Source of the DNA: a virus
Lineage: Duplodnaviria; Caudoviricetes
Virus record (IMG/VR): IMGVR_UViG_3300033463_000012
Length of the DNA: 64,000 nt
Direction: 5' to 3' (one strand)
Below are positions 17,899-27,669 of this stretch, in pieces (positions within the stretch are counted from its first letter, which is position 1; every line of letters starts with the position of its first letter). A program made the translations under genes and the position numbers. The notes beneath the pieces were generated by a model, which did not search any database, was not told the DNA's origin, and was given only the letters and a program-made list of their open reading frames with translations.

Positions 17899-18078
17899 AT
17901 GGAAATCATCTACCGAGCCCTCGACCTCTCGATCATCTTCGCCATCTGGCTTGTCAGCGGGTGCATCGCGGTGGCCATTTTCGACAAAATCGGGAAGAAA
18001 TTGGCCGAACGGAGGCACAGGAAGGAACTGGTCCGCCGAGCCGTTTGGATGACCTGTCGCAACAAAGGGAGGATTTAA
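17899..18078 (+). CDS. Small membrane protein (59 aa, not in the ORF track)
   Basis: SD aggagg; MEIIYRALDLSIIFAIWLVSGCIAVAIFDK... Confidence 0.65.
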   Translation: MEIIYRALDLSIIFAIWLVSGCIAVAIFDKIGKKLAERRHRKELVRRAVWMTCRNKGRI

Positions 18079-18186
18079 CATGAGCGATCAACCGCAGAAA
18101 CCCCAGCCGGAAAGAAGGAATCCCTACCCCAAGTGGACCCCTCAGTGGGTGAACTGGAACATCATTCACAACCACGGGAAGATGAG

Positions 18187-18429
18187 ATGAGCAACGCGGA
18201 CATCAGATTCATCGTCTTCGGAATTTCCTGTTTCATTCTCGGAGTTTCCCTAGCCAAGTATTTCATCACTTCCGCGTATCTGAAGAAGATGGAGGAAGAA
18301 GGAATGGAGGCCTTCACGGAAGGGCTGCTCAAAGCCGCAGAGAAGACCAATTCCATGACGCTCGAGGAATTCAAGGAAACGTTCGGAATCAGTCTCGAAG
18401 TAAAGGAAAAGGAGGATGATCATGAGTGA
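18187..18429 (+). CDS. Small membrane protein
   Basis: TM FIVFGISCFILGVSLA. Confidence 0.55.
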   Translation: MSNADIRFIVFGISCFILGVSLAKYFITSAYLKKMEEEGMEAFTEGLLKAAEKTNSMTLEEFKETFGISLEVKEKEDDHE

Positions 18430-18712
18430 AGAATTTCATTTCGACGTGAGTCAGTGGGCGGATGAGCCCCTCGCCATTGTTCCTCTGCCCAAGCCGAAGA
18501 AAGGGGAAAAGAAGAAGGAATGGTCGCCAGATGATCCCAATCGTCCGAAGAATCCTTGGGAACCGGGTGGGGACGAATACTCGAACTACCTCAACAAGAA
18601 AATCAGGGAAAAGCCCGATTGGATGCAAAAGAGCGATGAGAATCCTCCCAACATTATGGAAATCATCAAGAAGATTGAGGAACGGGTTGGAAAGGACTTC
18701 ATGAAAATCTGA
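18422..18712 (+). CDS. Hypothetical protein
   Basis: SD ggagg; ends at a terminator. Confidence 0.6.
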   Translation: MSEEFHFDVSQWADEPLAIVPLPKPKKGEKKKEWSPDDPNRPKNPWEPGGDEYSNYLNKKIREKPDWMQKSDENPPNIMEIIKKIEERVGKDFMKI

Positions 18713-18718
18713 AAGAAC

Positions 18719-18746
18719 AAGGGGGACCACGAAGGTCCCCCTTTTC
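18719..18746. terminator. Bidirectional intrinsic terminator
   Basis: aagggggacc-acgaa-ggtcccccttttc between convergent genes. Confidence 0.8.
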
Positions 18747-18765
18747 ATATCGCCTCTAATTCGAA

Positions 18766-19794
18766 CTAGGTGTTTTCTTCGAAGCAGTCCATGCAGACCT
18801 CTTCGGTTCCGTCGTCAGTTTCGATTTCCTTGCATTCTTCGTCAGAGAAAATCTTGGAGCCACAAAGGGCGCAGCAGCACTTGACCCGAGGACGGAATCC
18901 TTCAAGAACTGGCCGAGGACGAATTGATTCATTCAGGTTGTCGATGATGCTTTCAATTCTGTCCAAGGCGTATTTCCAACCACGATATTCATAGCTGGAT
19001 TTGTCAGAGGGTTGGTTTCTCAGCAATTCCTTGTAGAATGCGACAGGACGTCTGATTGCCTTTCCGGGGTCAGTGATTTTGTTTATCTGCTGGTTCAGAA
19101 GGTCGACATAATGATACCAGTCACGGGCTCTGCCGACTGCATCACTGGCTCTCATTTCGTCCTTAGGTTCGATATAGGTCTTGTTCACAATCTTCTGAAT
19201 GTGGTCGAACTTGCGTTCCTTTTCCTGTCTTTCGGCCCTTTCCTTGGCTTCGGCTTCCGCCTTCGCCTTGGCTTCCTGTTCACCCTTGACACGATTGTAA
19301 CGCTGGTCACGGGTTTCTTCAGGGTTCCAATTGCGGGTCATCTTTCTGCCCTTCAGATATTCATAAAGCCAATAGCAGTCAGCAACGGTCACTGCATAGT
19401 CCTTGGCGTTTCGGTCGAGATAGGGAACAACAGTAAGGTTCTGTCTGTTCCAATCTCCAAGGTCATCGTCGTTCATGTTGATCTTGACGACCTGCTTGAC
19501 CTTGTTGCCTAGCCATTCCTTGAACTTGTTTTCGTCGAATGTGTATTCGTAATTTTCATATTTCAACCATTCTTCCGGGATGTCATACCATTTCGACCCA
19601 TATCCCTTTTCACTAGATTTGATAGTGAACTCGATGCCCTGAGGAACTTTTTCATAATCGCAAAGGTTCCAATATTTTTCCATGCGAGGGCTGTTTTCCC
19701 AAATGCCGTCCGAGAGCTGACCGAACACCGAACTGATAATGTCATAATAGACGGGGTCCTTTAGCGGGAGGACGAACTTGTATTCTGTTGCCAT
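18766..19794 (-). CDS. Modular late protein (GQLSDG module, KITDP module, LNES linker, C-terminal Zn finger)
   Basis: GQLSDGIWEN; NKITDPGKAIRR; NLNESIRPRPVLEG; CALCG...CMDC. Confidence 0.75.
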   Translation of the reverse strand: MATEYKFVLPLKDPVYYDIISSVFGQLSDGIWENSPRMEKYWNLCDYEKVPQGIEFTIKSSEKGYGSKWYDIPEEWLKYENYEYTFDENKFKEWLGNKVKQVVKINMNDDDLGDWNRQNLTVVPYLDRNAKDYAVTVADCYWLYEYLKGRKMTRNWNPEETRDQRYNRVKGEQEAKAKAEAEAKERAERQEKERKFDHIQKIVNKTYIEPKDEMRASDAVGRARDWYHYVDLLNQQINKITDPGKAIRRPVAFYKELLRNQPSDKSSYEYRGWKYALDRIESIIDNLNESIRPRPVLEGFRPRVKCCCALCGSKIFSDEECKEIETDDGTEEVCMDCFEENT

Positions 19795-19820
19795 ATCTTT
19801 TCTCCATTAATGGTTAAAAC

Positions 19821-19929
19821 TGTCCCACAGCTACAGGGATGACTTCTGGTTCATTTTCCTCAAGGGTAAGTAAAAGATACTAGCCAGAGGTAAAACTGTC
19901 TCAGAATGGCTCCTAGAAGCTGATAGACA
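19821..19929. repeat. ~109-bp palindromic element, copy 2
   Basis: tgtcccacagct...agctgatagaca ends; core ggtaagtaaaagatactag. Confidence 0.85.
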
Positions 19930-20074
19930 AAATCCTTGGACATTGAATTTAGCCAATGATTTTACAATCAGTTGGCACATTAGCTATATTATATACGGGT
20001 GCAGATTGGCCCACCCATCATTAACCCGGGGTTGCCACACCGGGCCAGTCTGCACTCATTTAAAAGAGGACGAT

Positions 20075-20722
20075 ATGGTTGACACCAAAAGCGAATTCAC
20101 CGAAGAGGAATTGGAACAGGCGATCAAAAATCTCACATCGATCATCAAGGGAAAACCGGCGGACAACGCAAACAATTTCGCCGGATTCGTTGATCAGATA
20201 CTTTGGCCTGAGTTCAAACAAATCAAAGACAAGGTCGGGCTGTTCGGTTTCATCAACGGGGAATCCTGCACGGCTTGTACCCAGTATTTGAAGAATCTGA
20301 AAAATCTCGGAAGTCTCAAATCCAAGATGACATTGGTTCTGCTCATGAAAAATCACATGAGTGAAGTTCTGGGGACTGACGGGGTCACTGTTCCATTCAC
20401 GCGAATCTACAATGGCGGAAGTGAGCCGATTTGGGAAGTCCAAGGTGTTCTCTATTCAACTCAGATTGAAAGTCTCTACAAGGCATACAAGACCTTGTCC
20501 GATGGTTCCAATTACCACACGATGGACGAATTCAAGGTGTTTTCGGCCAAGTCGAAGGTAATGGACGTTCAGGCGTTTCAGGTCAAGGAATTCGTCAATA
20601 TGGACATCATGGGCAAGACCGTGGTCGCGCGCCCAGGTCAATATGTGGTTTTCTGGAGACACTCCGGAGCTGTCGACGTGATGGACGAAACCGAATTCGA
20701 CAGTAGGTTCGATAGGGTTTGA
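20075..20722 (+). CDS. Hypothetical protein (C-terminal PGDYG-like motif)
   Basis: SD gagga; ARPGQYVV...F..RF pattern. Confidence 0.65.
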   Translation: MVDTKSEFTEEELEQAIKNLTSIIKGKPADNANNFAGFVDQILWPEFKQIKDKVGLFGFINGESCTACTQYLKNLKNLGSLKSKMTLVLLMKNHMSEVLGTDGVTVPFTRIYNGGSEPIWEVQGVLYSTQIESLYKAYKTLSDGSNYHTMDEFKVFSAKSKVMDVQAFQVKEFVNMDIMGKTVVARPGQYVVFWRHSGAVDVMDETEFDSRFDRV

Positions 20723-20753
20723 AAGCTAAATTGAATAGAAGTTTAAATGCACG

Positions 20754-21419
20754 ATGAAGTGCAAAAGGATTATTATGGAAAAGAAATATGAACTTACAGA
20801 TGAGACAATGGAATTTTATGATGCTGTTCCTCATATTCTTCATAGAATCAGAGCCCTCAAGGACTTCACCCTCAATGGCTACGCGGGTGATGTTAAGGCC
20901 GGGGATCTTGGTGGCTGGATTGAATCTGAGGATAATCTGAGTCAAGATGGCAAGTGTTGGGTAGGGGAAAATGCCAAAGTATATGGAGGAGCCAAGGTAT
21001 ACGAAGATGCCCTGGTTAGTAATATTGCAGTGGTTTCTGAAAATGCCAAGGTATACGGGAAGGCCAAGGTGTGCAGATGGTCCCAGTTGCACGGAAATGC
21101 GGATGTTTCGGGAAATGCTTTTGTGCATGGAAATGCTCATGTATATGAGAATGCCGAAGTATATGGACATGCCGATGTATACGATAACGCCCAAATATAT
21201 GGAAATGCTAGTGTATCTGAAAATGTCTATGTGTATGGAGATGCACAGGTGTTTGGAGATGCTAAGGTTTCCGGTGACATCTGGATTCATGAAGATGCAT
21301 ATGTACAAGGTAATACAAATTTGGATGATTCGTTTGGTAAGTTGGACATCCGCGGTAATGCAAACATTAAATCGGATAAAGATATTGACAAACCCGAAGA
21401 AAGAAGGACATTTCGTTAG
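20754..21419 (+). CDS. Hexapeptide-repeat (left-handed beta-helix) protein, paralog 1
   Basis: KKYELTDE..LHRIRALKDF..GDLGGWIESEDNLSQ head plus repeated (N/D)A.VYG. Confidence 0.85.
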   Translation: MKCKRIIMEKKYELTDETMEFYDAVPHILHRIRALKDFTLNGYAGDVKAGDLGGWIESEDNLSQDGKCWVGENAKVYGGAKVYEDALVSNIAVVSENAKVYGKAKVCRWSQLHGNADVSGNAFVHGNAHVYENAEVYGHADVYDNAQIYGNASVSENVYVYGDAQVFGDAKVSGDIWIHEDAYVQGNTNLDDSFGKLDIRGNANIKSDKDIDKPEERRTFR

Positions 21420-21437
21420 GCAAAAAGAGGTATCACA

Positions 21438-21872
21438 GTGAGACCAGCGTACAATGTGAAGAATGGAATAGCGGACCTCATTGTGGCCACTGTTCCTGAA
21501 TTTCCTGAAGTGATGTTCAACAATCGCAAGACGTTGGACAAGATAGAAGGCGCCAACCTTGCCCATGCTGTTGACCATCACAACACCGAGGACAACACAG
21601 GGAAACGCATTGACATCGAAAAATGTTCAGATGACATGTTTTCCTTCGCTGACCAGATTGTTGACGTGCTGAAGGAAGTGAAATCCGTGGACGAGATGAA
21701 GGAATTGCTGGGAATGATGAGCGTGAAGGACTACATTGACTACATAACCGTGTTGTTTCCAATGATACGTCAACGAGAAAGACCTGCCGTCACGTATCAT
21801 TATGACAGGGAATTCAGAAAATTCTTGAATCTTGAAAGTGTACAAAGGTCCTTGAACTTGATCGAGGACTAA
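21438..21872 (+). CDS. Hypothetical protein
   Basis: GTG start; SD gagg. Confidence 0.6.
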   Translation: MRPAYNVKNGIADLIVATVPEFPEVMFNNRKTLDKIEGANLAHAVDHHNTEDNTGKRIDIEKCSDDMFSFADQIVDVLKEVKSVDEMKELLGMMSVKDYIDYITVLFPMIRQRERPAVTYHYDREFRKFLNLESVQRSLNLIED

Positions 21873-21898
21873 ATTAAACAAACATTTAGGAGCATAAA

Positions 21899-22384
21899 AT
21901 GGACAAAGCAAAAGTAATGGACGTATTCGAAGACGACAAGAGATTCGACGGGGACAAGATTTGGCGCCGGGTGTTCAGAAACCTTGAACCTGACGAAGGA
22001 TATGATGTCCTCAAGGCTTCATTCGGGGACGAGGACGTGACCCGGTTCCCTGATTCCGAAAAGCCGAAGTTCCCTGGTTCCGCGTTCGACAAATTCACTG
22101 ATGCCCTGGCCGAAAAGATCGCCACTTTCAAGGACATTGACGAAGCGAGCGAAGACCTGGAATTCGACATTGAACTTGACGTTTTGGACAAGTTGGAACC
22201 CACCGTGATCGAAATCAATGACAAGAACATGGTCGATCATGCTGACGCCAGAATCGTAAATGAAGTAAATGAACTGAAGGAAGCGATCGAAAACAATGAC
22301 AATTGGAAGGGAATCCTCAATGGTGACTTCTCCTTGTTCATTGAAGAATTGAAGGAATTCGTCGACACTTGGGAAGTTGATTAA
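21899..22384 (+). CDS. Acidic late hypothetical protein
   Basis: After CTAAATT; SD aggag. Confidence 0.7.
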   Translation: MDKAKVMDVFEDDKRFDGDKIWRRVFRNLEPDEGYDVLKASFGDEDVTRFPDSEKPKFPGSAFDKFTDALAEKIATFKDIDEASEDLEFDIELDVLDKLEPTVIEINDKNMVDHADARIVNEVNELKEAIENNDNWKGILNGDFSLFIEELKEFVDTWEVD

Positions 22385-22393
22385 GGAGAACCA

Positions 22394-22699
22394 ATGATCC
22401 CTGGCTACATCACATTCATGGAATCAAAGTCCACTTCGGCCATGTTCTTGGATTCGGAGATTCGGCTCATAAAGAAATACTGCAATGACAATGACGGCAT
22501 TGTTCGCTTCAATTTCATCGGGGATTCACAGGTCGCCAATATGCAGTTCGGGCCCTCGCTTTATGACCGGGTGGAATTGATCAGACGTCCGGATTGCTAC
22601 AGATTGAGAATGAAATCCAATGACATAGACACAAAGCCGGTCAGCGAGGATTTCAAATCGTTCAAGGAAGCGCTGAAGTTCCTTGAGGAGGAAAGTTAG
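22394..22699 (+). CDS. Hypothetical protein with 'FMES' leader
   Basis: SD aggag. Confidence 0.65.
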   Translation: MIPGYITFMESKSTSAMFLDSEIRLIKKYCNDNDGIVRFNFIGDSQVANMQFGPSLYDRVELIRRPDCYRLRMKSNDIDTKPVSEDFKSFKEALKFLEEES

Positions 22700-22700
22700 G

Positions 22701-24284
22701 ATGAAGGAAAATGTTGTAATTTTCGCGTCCCCGCTATTGGGCAAGCTCGTAAAAACCCACCTCAGGATTTATACTGAGCTATTGGAACGCGGGGTCAAGG
22801 TTTATTCAATTGACTGCCGAACCGCAAAGGTCCTTGAACCAGGGAAGATTCAGGGCAAGGTCGCCAAGATGGAAGGGGATCAGATCATCGAATTCGACCC
22901 CAATTGCACTGCCTGTGTGGTTTCCAATGGCATAGTCGGAAACAAACATGCTTCCGAGTTCGTTGATGACCTGGAGGACATGGGCGTCTATGTGGTCAAT
23001 TCCCTGGAAGGCATCAACATCGCCAGAAACAAGGAAAACTACGACCGCATTTGCAAGAAGTTCGACATTCCGGCACCCAAGACGGTTTTGGTCACAAACC
23101 CTGGACAACTTGAAACAGTCCTTCCTGAATTCAATTTCCCGATTGTTTGCAAGACCACCACTGGTTCCTTGGGTGTAGGTGTCTTCAAGGTCGACAAGGC
23201 GTCCCTGGTCAAGCCGATATTCCAGGCCATGTGGAAACTCAATCCCGACTTGAAGAACGACGGCATTCTCATTCAGGAATTCGTTCCCAATCATGGTGAC
23301 ATCAGAACGATTGTCGTCGGTGGAAACATCGTCGGTTCAATGAAGAGAATTGCAAAGGAAGGGGATTTCCGTAACAACTTCTCCCAGGGCGGTTCAGTGG
23401 AAAACTATGCACCGTCCTATGAAGAACAGCAGGTAATCCTGAAAGCCGCGAAACATTCCAAGTGCGAAATCTGCGGTGTTGACCATATCCTGGCGGAAGA
23501 TGGAAAGCCCTATGTTATCGAAGTGAACTCCTGCCCCGGGACCGATGGCTTCAAGCAGGTCCACCCGGAAGTCATTGAACGCATGGCCGACTTCGTCCTT
23601 TCCAAGTGCAAGGAATCGACCAAGACCCGGATTATCGGAGCCATGGAAAAGGTCGACCTGGAGGAAATCGGGGAACTTGAAGCCCTGATGGACATGAGTG
23701 AACGGCAGAATTCAGTTTTGGACGCACGGGACATTGACCTTGATGACCAGTTCGTGACCTTCACCTCCAACCAGAGACGGGTCAAACTTCCGGTCCATGA
23801 CGTGAACACCTACATCGTGAACGGGAACTACAGAAAGGTTCCTGTGGTCAAGCTGGACATGAAGATGGGCGGAACCACTTTCGAAAACATTTCCTTTGAA
23901 TTGGTGAACCGCGAAAACAAGAAGACCCCGGTCCTCCTGTCCAAGTCCTTCCTTACTGGTCATAAATACCTTATTGACCCGAACAAGACCAACTCGCTCC
24001 TGAAGGAATCCGTGGAAGAGGATTTGGACGCCGAAATGCTGGACGAACCGAGTGCCTCCTTCTCCCCGGATTTGTCGGACGAAGCCCTGGTCGCCCTGTT
24101 CTCGCTCACGCAGAAGGGTCCGGTCGAGGAAAAGCCATTGACTCAAGCAGCGATCGATGAACTGAAAATGCACGAATTCATCACCGAAGACAACGAACTC
24201 ACCGAAGGCGCCTGGGAATACCTGACTTCGGATGCATCAGTTGAACGTTTGGAAAATCTGCGCAATGGCATGGAAGAGGCATAA
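22701..24284 (+). CDS. RimK-family ATP-grasp ligase fused to a retropepsin-like (RimB / 'ATP-dependent Zn protease') domain
   Basis: ARNK, FPIVCKTTTGSLGVGV, LIQEFV, DIRTIVVGG, DFRNNFSQGG, GVD, EVNSCPG; then IIGAME.V.L..IGELEA.MD...SVL and R....PVLLSK.FL. Confidence 0.85.
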   Translation: MKENVVIFASPLLGKLVKTHLRIYTELLERGVKVYSIDCRTAKVLEPGKIQGKVAKMEGDQIIEFDPNCTACVVSNGIVGNKHASEFVDDLEDMGVYVVNSLEGINIARNKENYDRICKKFDIPAPKTVLVTNPGQLETVLPEFNFPIVCKTTTGSLGVGVFKVDKASLVKPIFQAMWKLNPDLKNDGILIQEFVPNHGDIRTIVVGGNIVGSMKRIAKEGDFRNNFSQGGSVENYAPSYEEQQVILKAAKHSKCEICGVDHILAEDGKPYVIEVNSCPGTDGFKQVHPEVIERMADFVLSKCKESTKTRIIGAMEKVDLEEIGELEALMDMSERQNSVLDARDIDLDDQFVTFTSNQRRVKLPVHDVNTYIVNGNYRKVPVVKLDMKMGGTTFENISFELVNRENKKTPVLLSKSFLTGHKYLIDPNKTNSLLKESVEEDLDAEMLDEPSASFSPDLSDEALVALFSLTQKGPVEEKPLTQAAIDELKMHEFITEDNELTEGAWEYLTSDASVERLENLRNGMEEA

Positions 24285-24295
24285 GGAGCAACTGG

Positions 24296-24655
24296 ATGGC
24301 AGATCGTAAGGACCAAGTTTCAGATGTCGTGATGGCTGTTTTGATCCGCAAGTTGTTGAAGCCAGCGGGACAGACCAAGGCATTTCGCTTGGGCCTTATT
24401 GACAACCAAGGACATCAACTGCGGGAACCGAAGAATCAGACCGAAGCCAACGAAATAACCTCGTTCGACAAGCTGGTCTGGAAACTTCAACGAATGCTCG
24501 GTCCTCGTGTGAATCAGCTCGCCCAGTTTGCCTACATGAATTCGTTCCCAGAGGAAATCGAAAAATATCTCTATGCTCGTGGGTCGATTTGGAGCAGAAC
24601 GCAGGTACAGAGAGCAAAGAAGGACTTGGAGAAATTCGATCAAAAAGGAAGATAA
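24296..24655 (+). CDS. Conserved T4-superfamily hypothetical protein
   Basis: KLLKP...TKAFRLGLIDNQG pattern, which I recognise from T4-like phages. Confidence 0.6.
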   Translation: MADRKDQVSDVVMAVLIRKLLKPAGQTKAFRLGLIDNQGHQLREPKNQTEANEITSFDKLVWKLQRMLGPRVNQLAQFAYMNSFPEEIEKYLYARGSIWSRTQVQRAKKDLEKFDQKGR

Positions 24656-24661
24656 AACAGG

Positions 24662-25036
24662 ATGCACATCTATCGTAATTTCAAACTAACCGAAAAGAAA
24701 AAGCCAGTCAGCAGGACAGTGGCTGTAAATGCATCCTGGAAGGCGATCCTTACTGAACGCGGAATGATCATTCAGCGTTTGCTCGGGGACGAAAGATTGA
24801 AATTGGCCGACATCAACTATCCTTCCATGGTGGAAAACGTGATGGAATTGATCGAGGACGGAGATGAATATTCACTTGAAAACATAGCTGATGACTATGT
24901 TGACCTTCTGGACATTCTTGAACAATCGAAAAACTATATGAAGGAAAGTGTATACAATAGGACAAGAACGGACGTAGAGGACATTCTTGCCCTGATCGAT
25001 GAAGGAAATGAATGGAAGGAGAGGAAGGAAACATAG
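24662..25036 (+). CDS. Hypothetical late protein
   Basis: 124 aa with LTE and MKES motifs. Confidence 0.6.
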   Translation: MHIYRNFKLTEKKKPVSRTVAVNASWKAILTERGMIIQRLLGDERLKLADINYPSMVENVMELIEDGDEYSLENIADDYVDLLDILEQSKNYMKESVYNRTRTDVEDILALIDEGNEWKERKET

Positions 25037-25596
25037 ACCTTAGTGAATTTGATGAACCGATCAGGGGAGAGGATTCATCCAAATCCTCTCGCACTGACTA
25101 TTTCAAATTCCTCAAGGAATGCATCGATCCGGTGAATGACATGCGGGTTGGGCTGTTCTATGCCTTCACCTACAACTCTCAGGCCAAGGAAGAAACGGTC
25201 AACCAGTTTGCATTCACTGACTTCAATCCATTGATTTTCCTGTATGGACCCGTAGGCAAGGACAAACTCGAGGCATTGAATTTCCATTTTCTGCCAGTGG
25301 AAGTGAGATTGACTTGGTTGGACATAGTGGACAAGATGAGTCAAGGAGCCATATCCAATGACGGAAGAGTGACCATTCCCATGTACATGTTGAAGAAACT
25401 CGGCGTGAAATTGGAATTCGCCAGAAGAGTGTATGACGTGAAAGGGATAAAGGAATGGAGAAGGGTCTATTCGTCCACTATGTGGGACCTTTGCAAATTC
25501 ACACCGAACACCTATGGTGGAGCGAACTACGAAACAGTGGCCAGGGCCTTCAACATTTTCAATCCTTCTAAATTAACAAACGGCTCAAGAGGATAG
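25012..25596 (+). CDS. DNA end protector protein (gp2-like)
   Basis: G.FY.FTY...D.NPLIF.....LNFHFLP..R motif. Confidence 0.7.
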   Translation: MEGEEGNIDLSEFDEPIRGEDSSKSSRTDYFKFLKECIDPVNDMRVGLFYAFTYNSQAKEETVNQFAFTDFNPLIFLYGPVGKDKLEALNFHFLPVEVRLTWLDIVDKMSQGAISNDGRVTIPMYMLKKLGVKLEFARRVYDVKGIKEWRRVYSSTMWDLCKFTPNTYGGANYETVARAFNIFNPSKLTNGSRG

Positions 25597-25602
25597 TGTC
25601 AA

Positions 25603-27288
25603 ATGAATCTGCAGAACCTCAACCCATTTTCTTCTCAGTTCCTCAAATTCGCTGGGGACGCTCCAAAGAAGATTGAGCAGATCGGGAAGAACTCGGTCGG
25701 CGAAGGCATCAATGACCAGCCAATAATCGGTGACATTCTCCTGACGAACATGACCTATGGTGGACAATACGACACCACGGGAGTCACCTTCGGTCAGTAT
25801 TTCGAGAACAAGGCCAGCCGAATCAGCCAATACAGGACCATGGCGAACTATCCCGAAATCGCTTCTGCAATCTATATGATCTGCGACGAGGCGATCAATG
25901 AAAACAACGTCGGTGACTTCATCTCCTTCGACATCAAGGACACCGATGGATTGAAACGCAAGACCATTCGTGACCTGAAGGAAGAATGGAACATCGTCAT
26001 CAATGAATTGTTCAACTTCAAGGAAACCGGCTGGGAATTGTTCAAGTGCTTCATGGTCGAGGCGGAACTCTATTTCGAAATCGTGTTGAGTGACCCGGAC
26101 GAGAAGGGAAATCAGGAAATCATCGCCTTCAAGCAGCTTCCGGCCTACACCATGACCCCGGTATACAAGAACGGGGCTATCATCAAATATCTTCAGGTGA
26201 CCGAAGATGGGACAAAGACATTCCAGGAAAACCAGATCCTCTATGTGAACTACGGTGAATACGGTGACAACAAGATGGACATTCGTGGCTATCTTGACCC
26301 CGTCATCGCGATCTACAATATGATCAGAAACCTTGAGGACTCGGCCGTCATTGCACAGATAGTCAGGGCACCGGAACGTCGCGTGTTCAACATTGAAGTC
26401 GGCAAGGTTTCCCCTGGGCGCGCCGAACAGATTCTGCAGAAGACGATGCATAACTACAGAAAGAACCTGAAGTTCGACCCGACCACAGGGCTTTTGAATG
26501 CAGGTGACAGATTCCAGGCCATGACCGAGGACTTCTTCTTCGCCAAGTCTGATGGTCAGGGATCCTCGGTCGAAACCCTTGCATCAGGACAGAATTTGGA
26601 ACAGCTCATAGAATTGCCCAACTATTTCCTCCGCAAGATGTACAAGGCACTTCACATTCCTTCGACAAGATGGGGTGGCGGGGTCCTTGCTGGTGCATCC
26701 GAGGGCGGTCAGGGTCAATACAACAACAAGATGGACATTGAACGTGAGGAACTGAACTTCACCAAATTCATTGAACGTCTCACCCGTCGGTTCTGCAAGC
26801 TGTTCTACAAGGCATTCATTTTCGACATCACGTTGAAGAAATTTGACCCAGCTACTCTTGTTCCCTTCAACTACAACATTCGTATGAACCCGAACAACCA
26901 GTATGCTCAGTATCGGGAACTTGAACTGATGAAGGAAAAGCTGGACATGTTGAGTCAGTATGGAGACCTGCGTTTGACGGCGGAAAACCCGAATGCAGTC
27001 TTCGCCAATGAATACTTCCTCAAGAACATCTGCGGATTCACTCAGTCTCAGCTCGAAACCAACGAGGACATGAAGGCGGAGGAAAAGAAGGAATTGCAGA
27101 TGCAGCAACCCGAAGGCGAAGAAGTGGAATTCGGTGGTGAATCCGACTTCGGCGGAGGTGGTGACGGCGGATTCGGAGGCAGCGACTTCGGCGGTGGTGA
27201 CGAAGGAGCAGGCGATTTTGGAGGTGGACCCAGTGAAGGACCAGGAGAAGGCGGTCCAAGCGAAGGTCCAGGGGAACCAGGGATGTAG
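25603..27288 (+). CDS. Portal protein (gp20)
   Basis: YRTMANYPEI, LEDSAVI...RAPERRVFNIEVG, MTEDFFF, YF.RKMYKALHIP.TR, REELNF.KFI; Gly/acidic tail. Confidence 0.96.
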   Translation: MNLQNLNPFSSQFLKFAGDAPKKIEQIGKNSVGEGINDQPIIGDILLTNMTYGGQYDTTGVTFGQYFENKASRISQYRTMANYPEIASAIYMICDEAINENNVGDFISFDIKDTDGLKRKTIRDLKEEWNIVINELFNFKETGWELFKCFMVEAELYFEIVLSDPDEKGNQEIIAFKQLPAYTMTPVYKNGAIIKYLQVTEDGTKTFQENQILYVNYGEYGDNKMDIRGYLDPVIAIYNMIRNLEDSAVIAQIVRAPERRVFNIEVGKVSPGRAEQILQKTMHNYRKNLKFDPTTGLLNAGDRFQAMTEDFFFAKSDGQGSSVETLASGQNLEQLIELPNYFLRKMYKALHIPSTRWGGGVLAGASEGGQGQYNNKMDIEREELNFTKFIERLTRRFCKLFYKAFIFDITLKKFDPATLVPFNYNIRMNPNNQYAQYRELELMKEKLDMLSQYGDLRLTAENPNAVFANEYFLKNICGFTQSQLETNEDMKAEEKKELQMQQPEGEEVEFGGESDFGGGGDGGFGGSDFGGGDEGAGDFGGGPSEGPGEGGPSEGPGEPGM

Positions 27289-27303
27289 CAAGGTAGGACA
27301 AAA

Positions 27304-27669
27304 ATGAACGAAATGTTTGCAACTTTCAACTCTGCGTGGGCGGCAATCGGTGGCGTGGTCCTGTTGGTGATATGGTTCTACAGAATCAGAATAGACACCA
27401 ACGTGAACACTTCAAGGATAAACAGCTTGACTAACGAGATGAGGGATCACAAGACGTATGTCGACAACAAGCTGACAAACACTGAAAACTCAATAAGGGC
27501 CGAAATCTCCAAACTTCGTGAGGAGGTCCAGCTTCAGTTGAGGACTCATCAGGCCGAACAAAAGGAAAAGATGGAAACCTTGTCTGAACAGATTTCCCGT
27601 CTGACCGAAGCCGTGACCGACCTGAGAATCGAGATCAAGTCATTCAATCACCTCACGGAGGACAAATGA
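27304..27669 (+). CDS. N-terminal TM plus coiled-coil protein (possible holin-like)
   Basis: WAAIGGVVLLVIWFY followed by heptads. Confidence 0.5.
   Translation: MNEMFATFNSAWAAIGGVVLLVIWFYRIRIDTNVNTSRINSLTNEMRDHKTYVDNKLTNTENSIRAEISKLREEVQLQLRTHQAEQKEKMETLSEQISRLTEAVTDLRIEIKSFNHLTEDK

Noticed and set aside
27120-27288. Gly-rich repeats at the portal C-terminus as a separate element or collagen
   Set aside because: This is a low-complexity disordered tail (DFGGG, GPSEGPGE) of the kind common on T4-like portals, not a sustained Gly-X-Y repeat.
25585-27291. Long antisense ORFs opposite portal (also opposite gp23, gp6, rnh, gp44, gp32)
   Set aside because: These are shadow ORFs produced by the codon bias of well-identified genes on the other strand; they have no SD or motifs.
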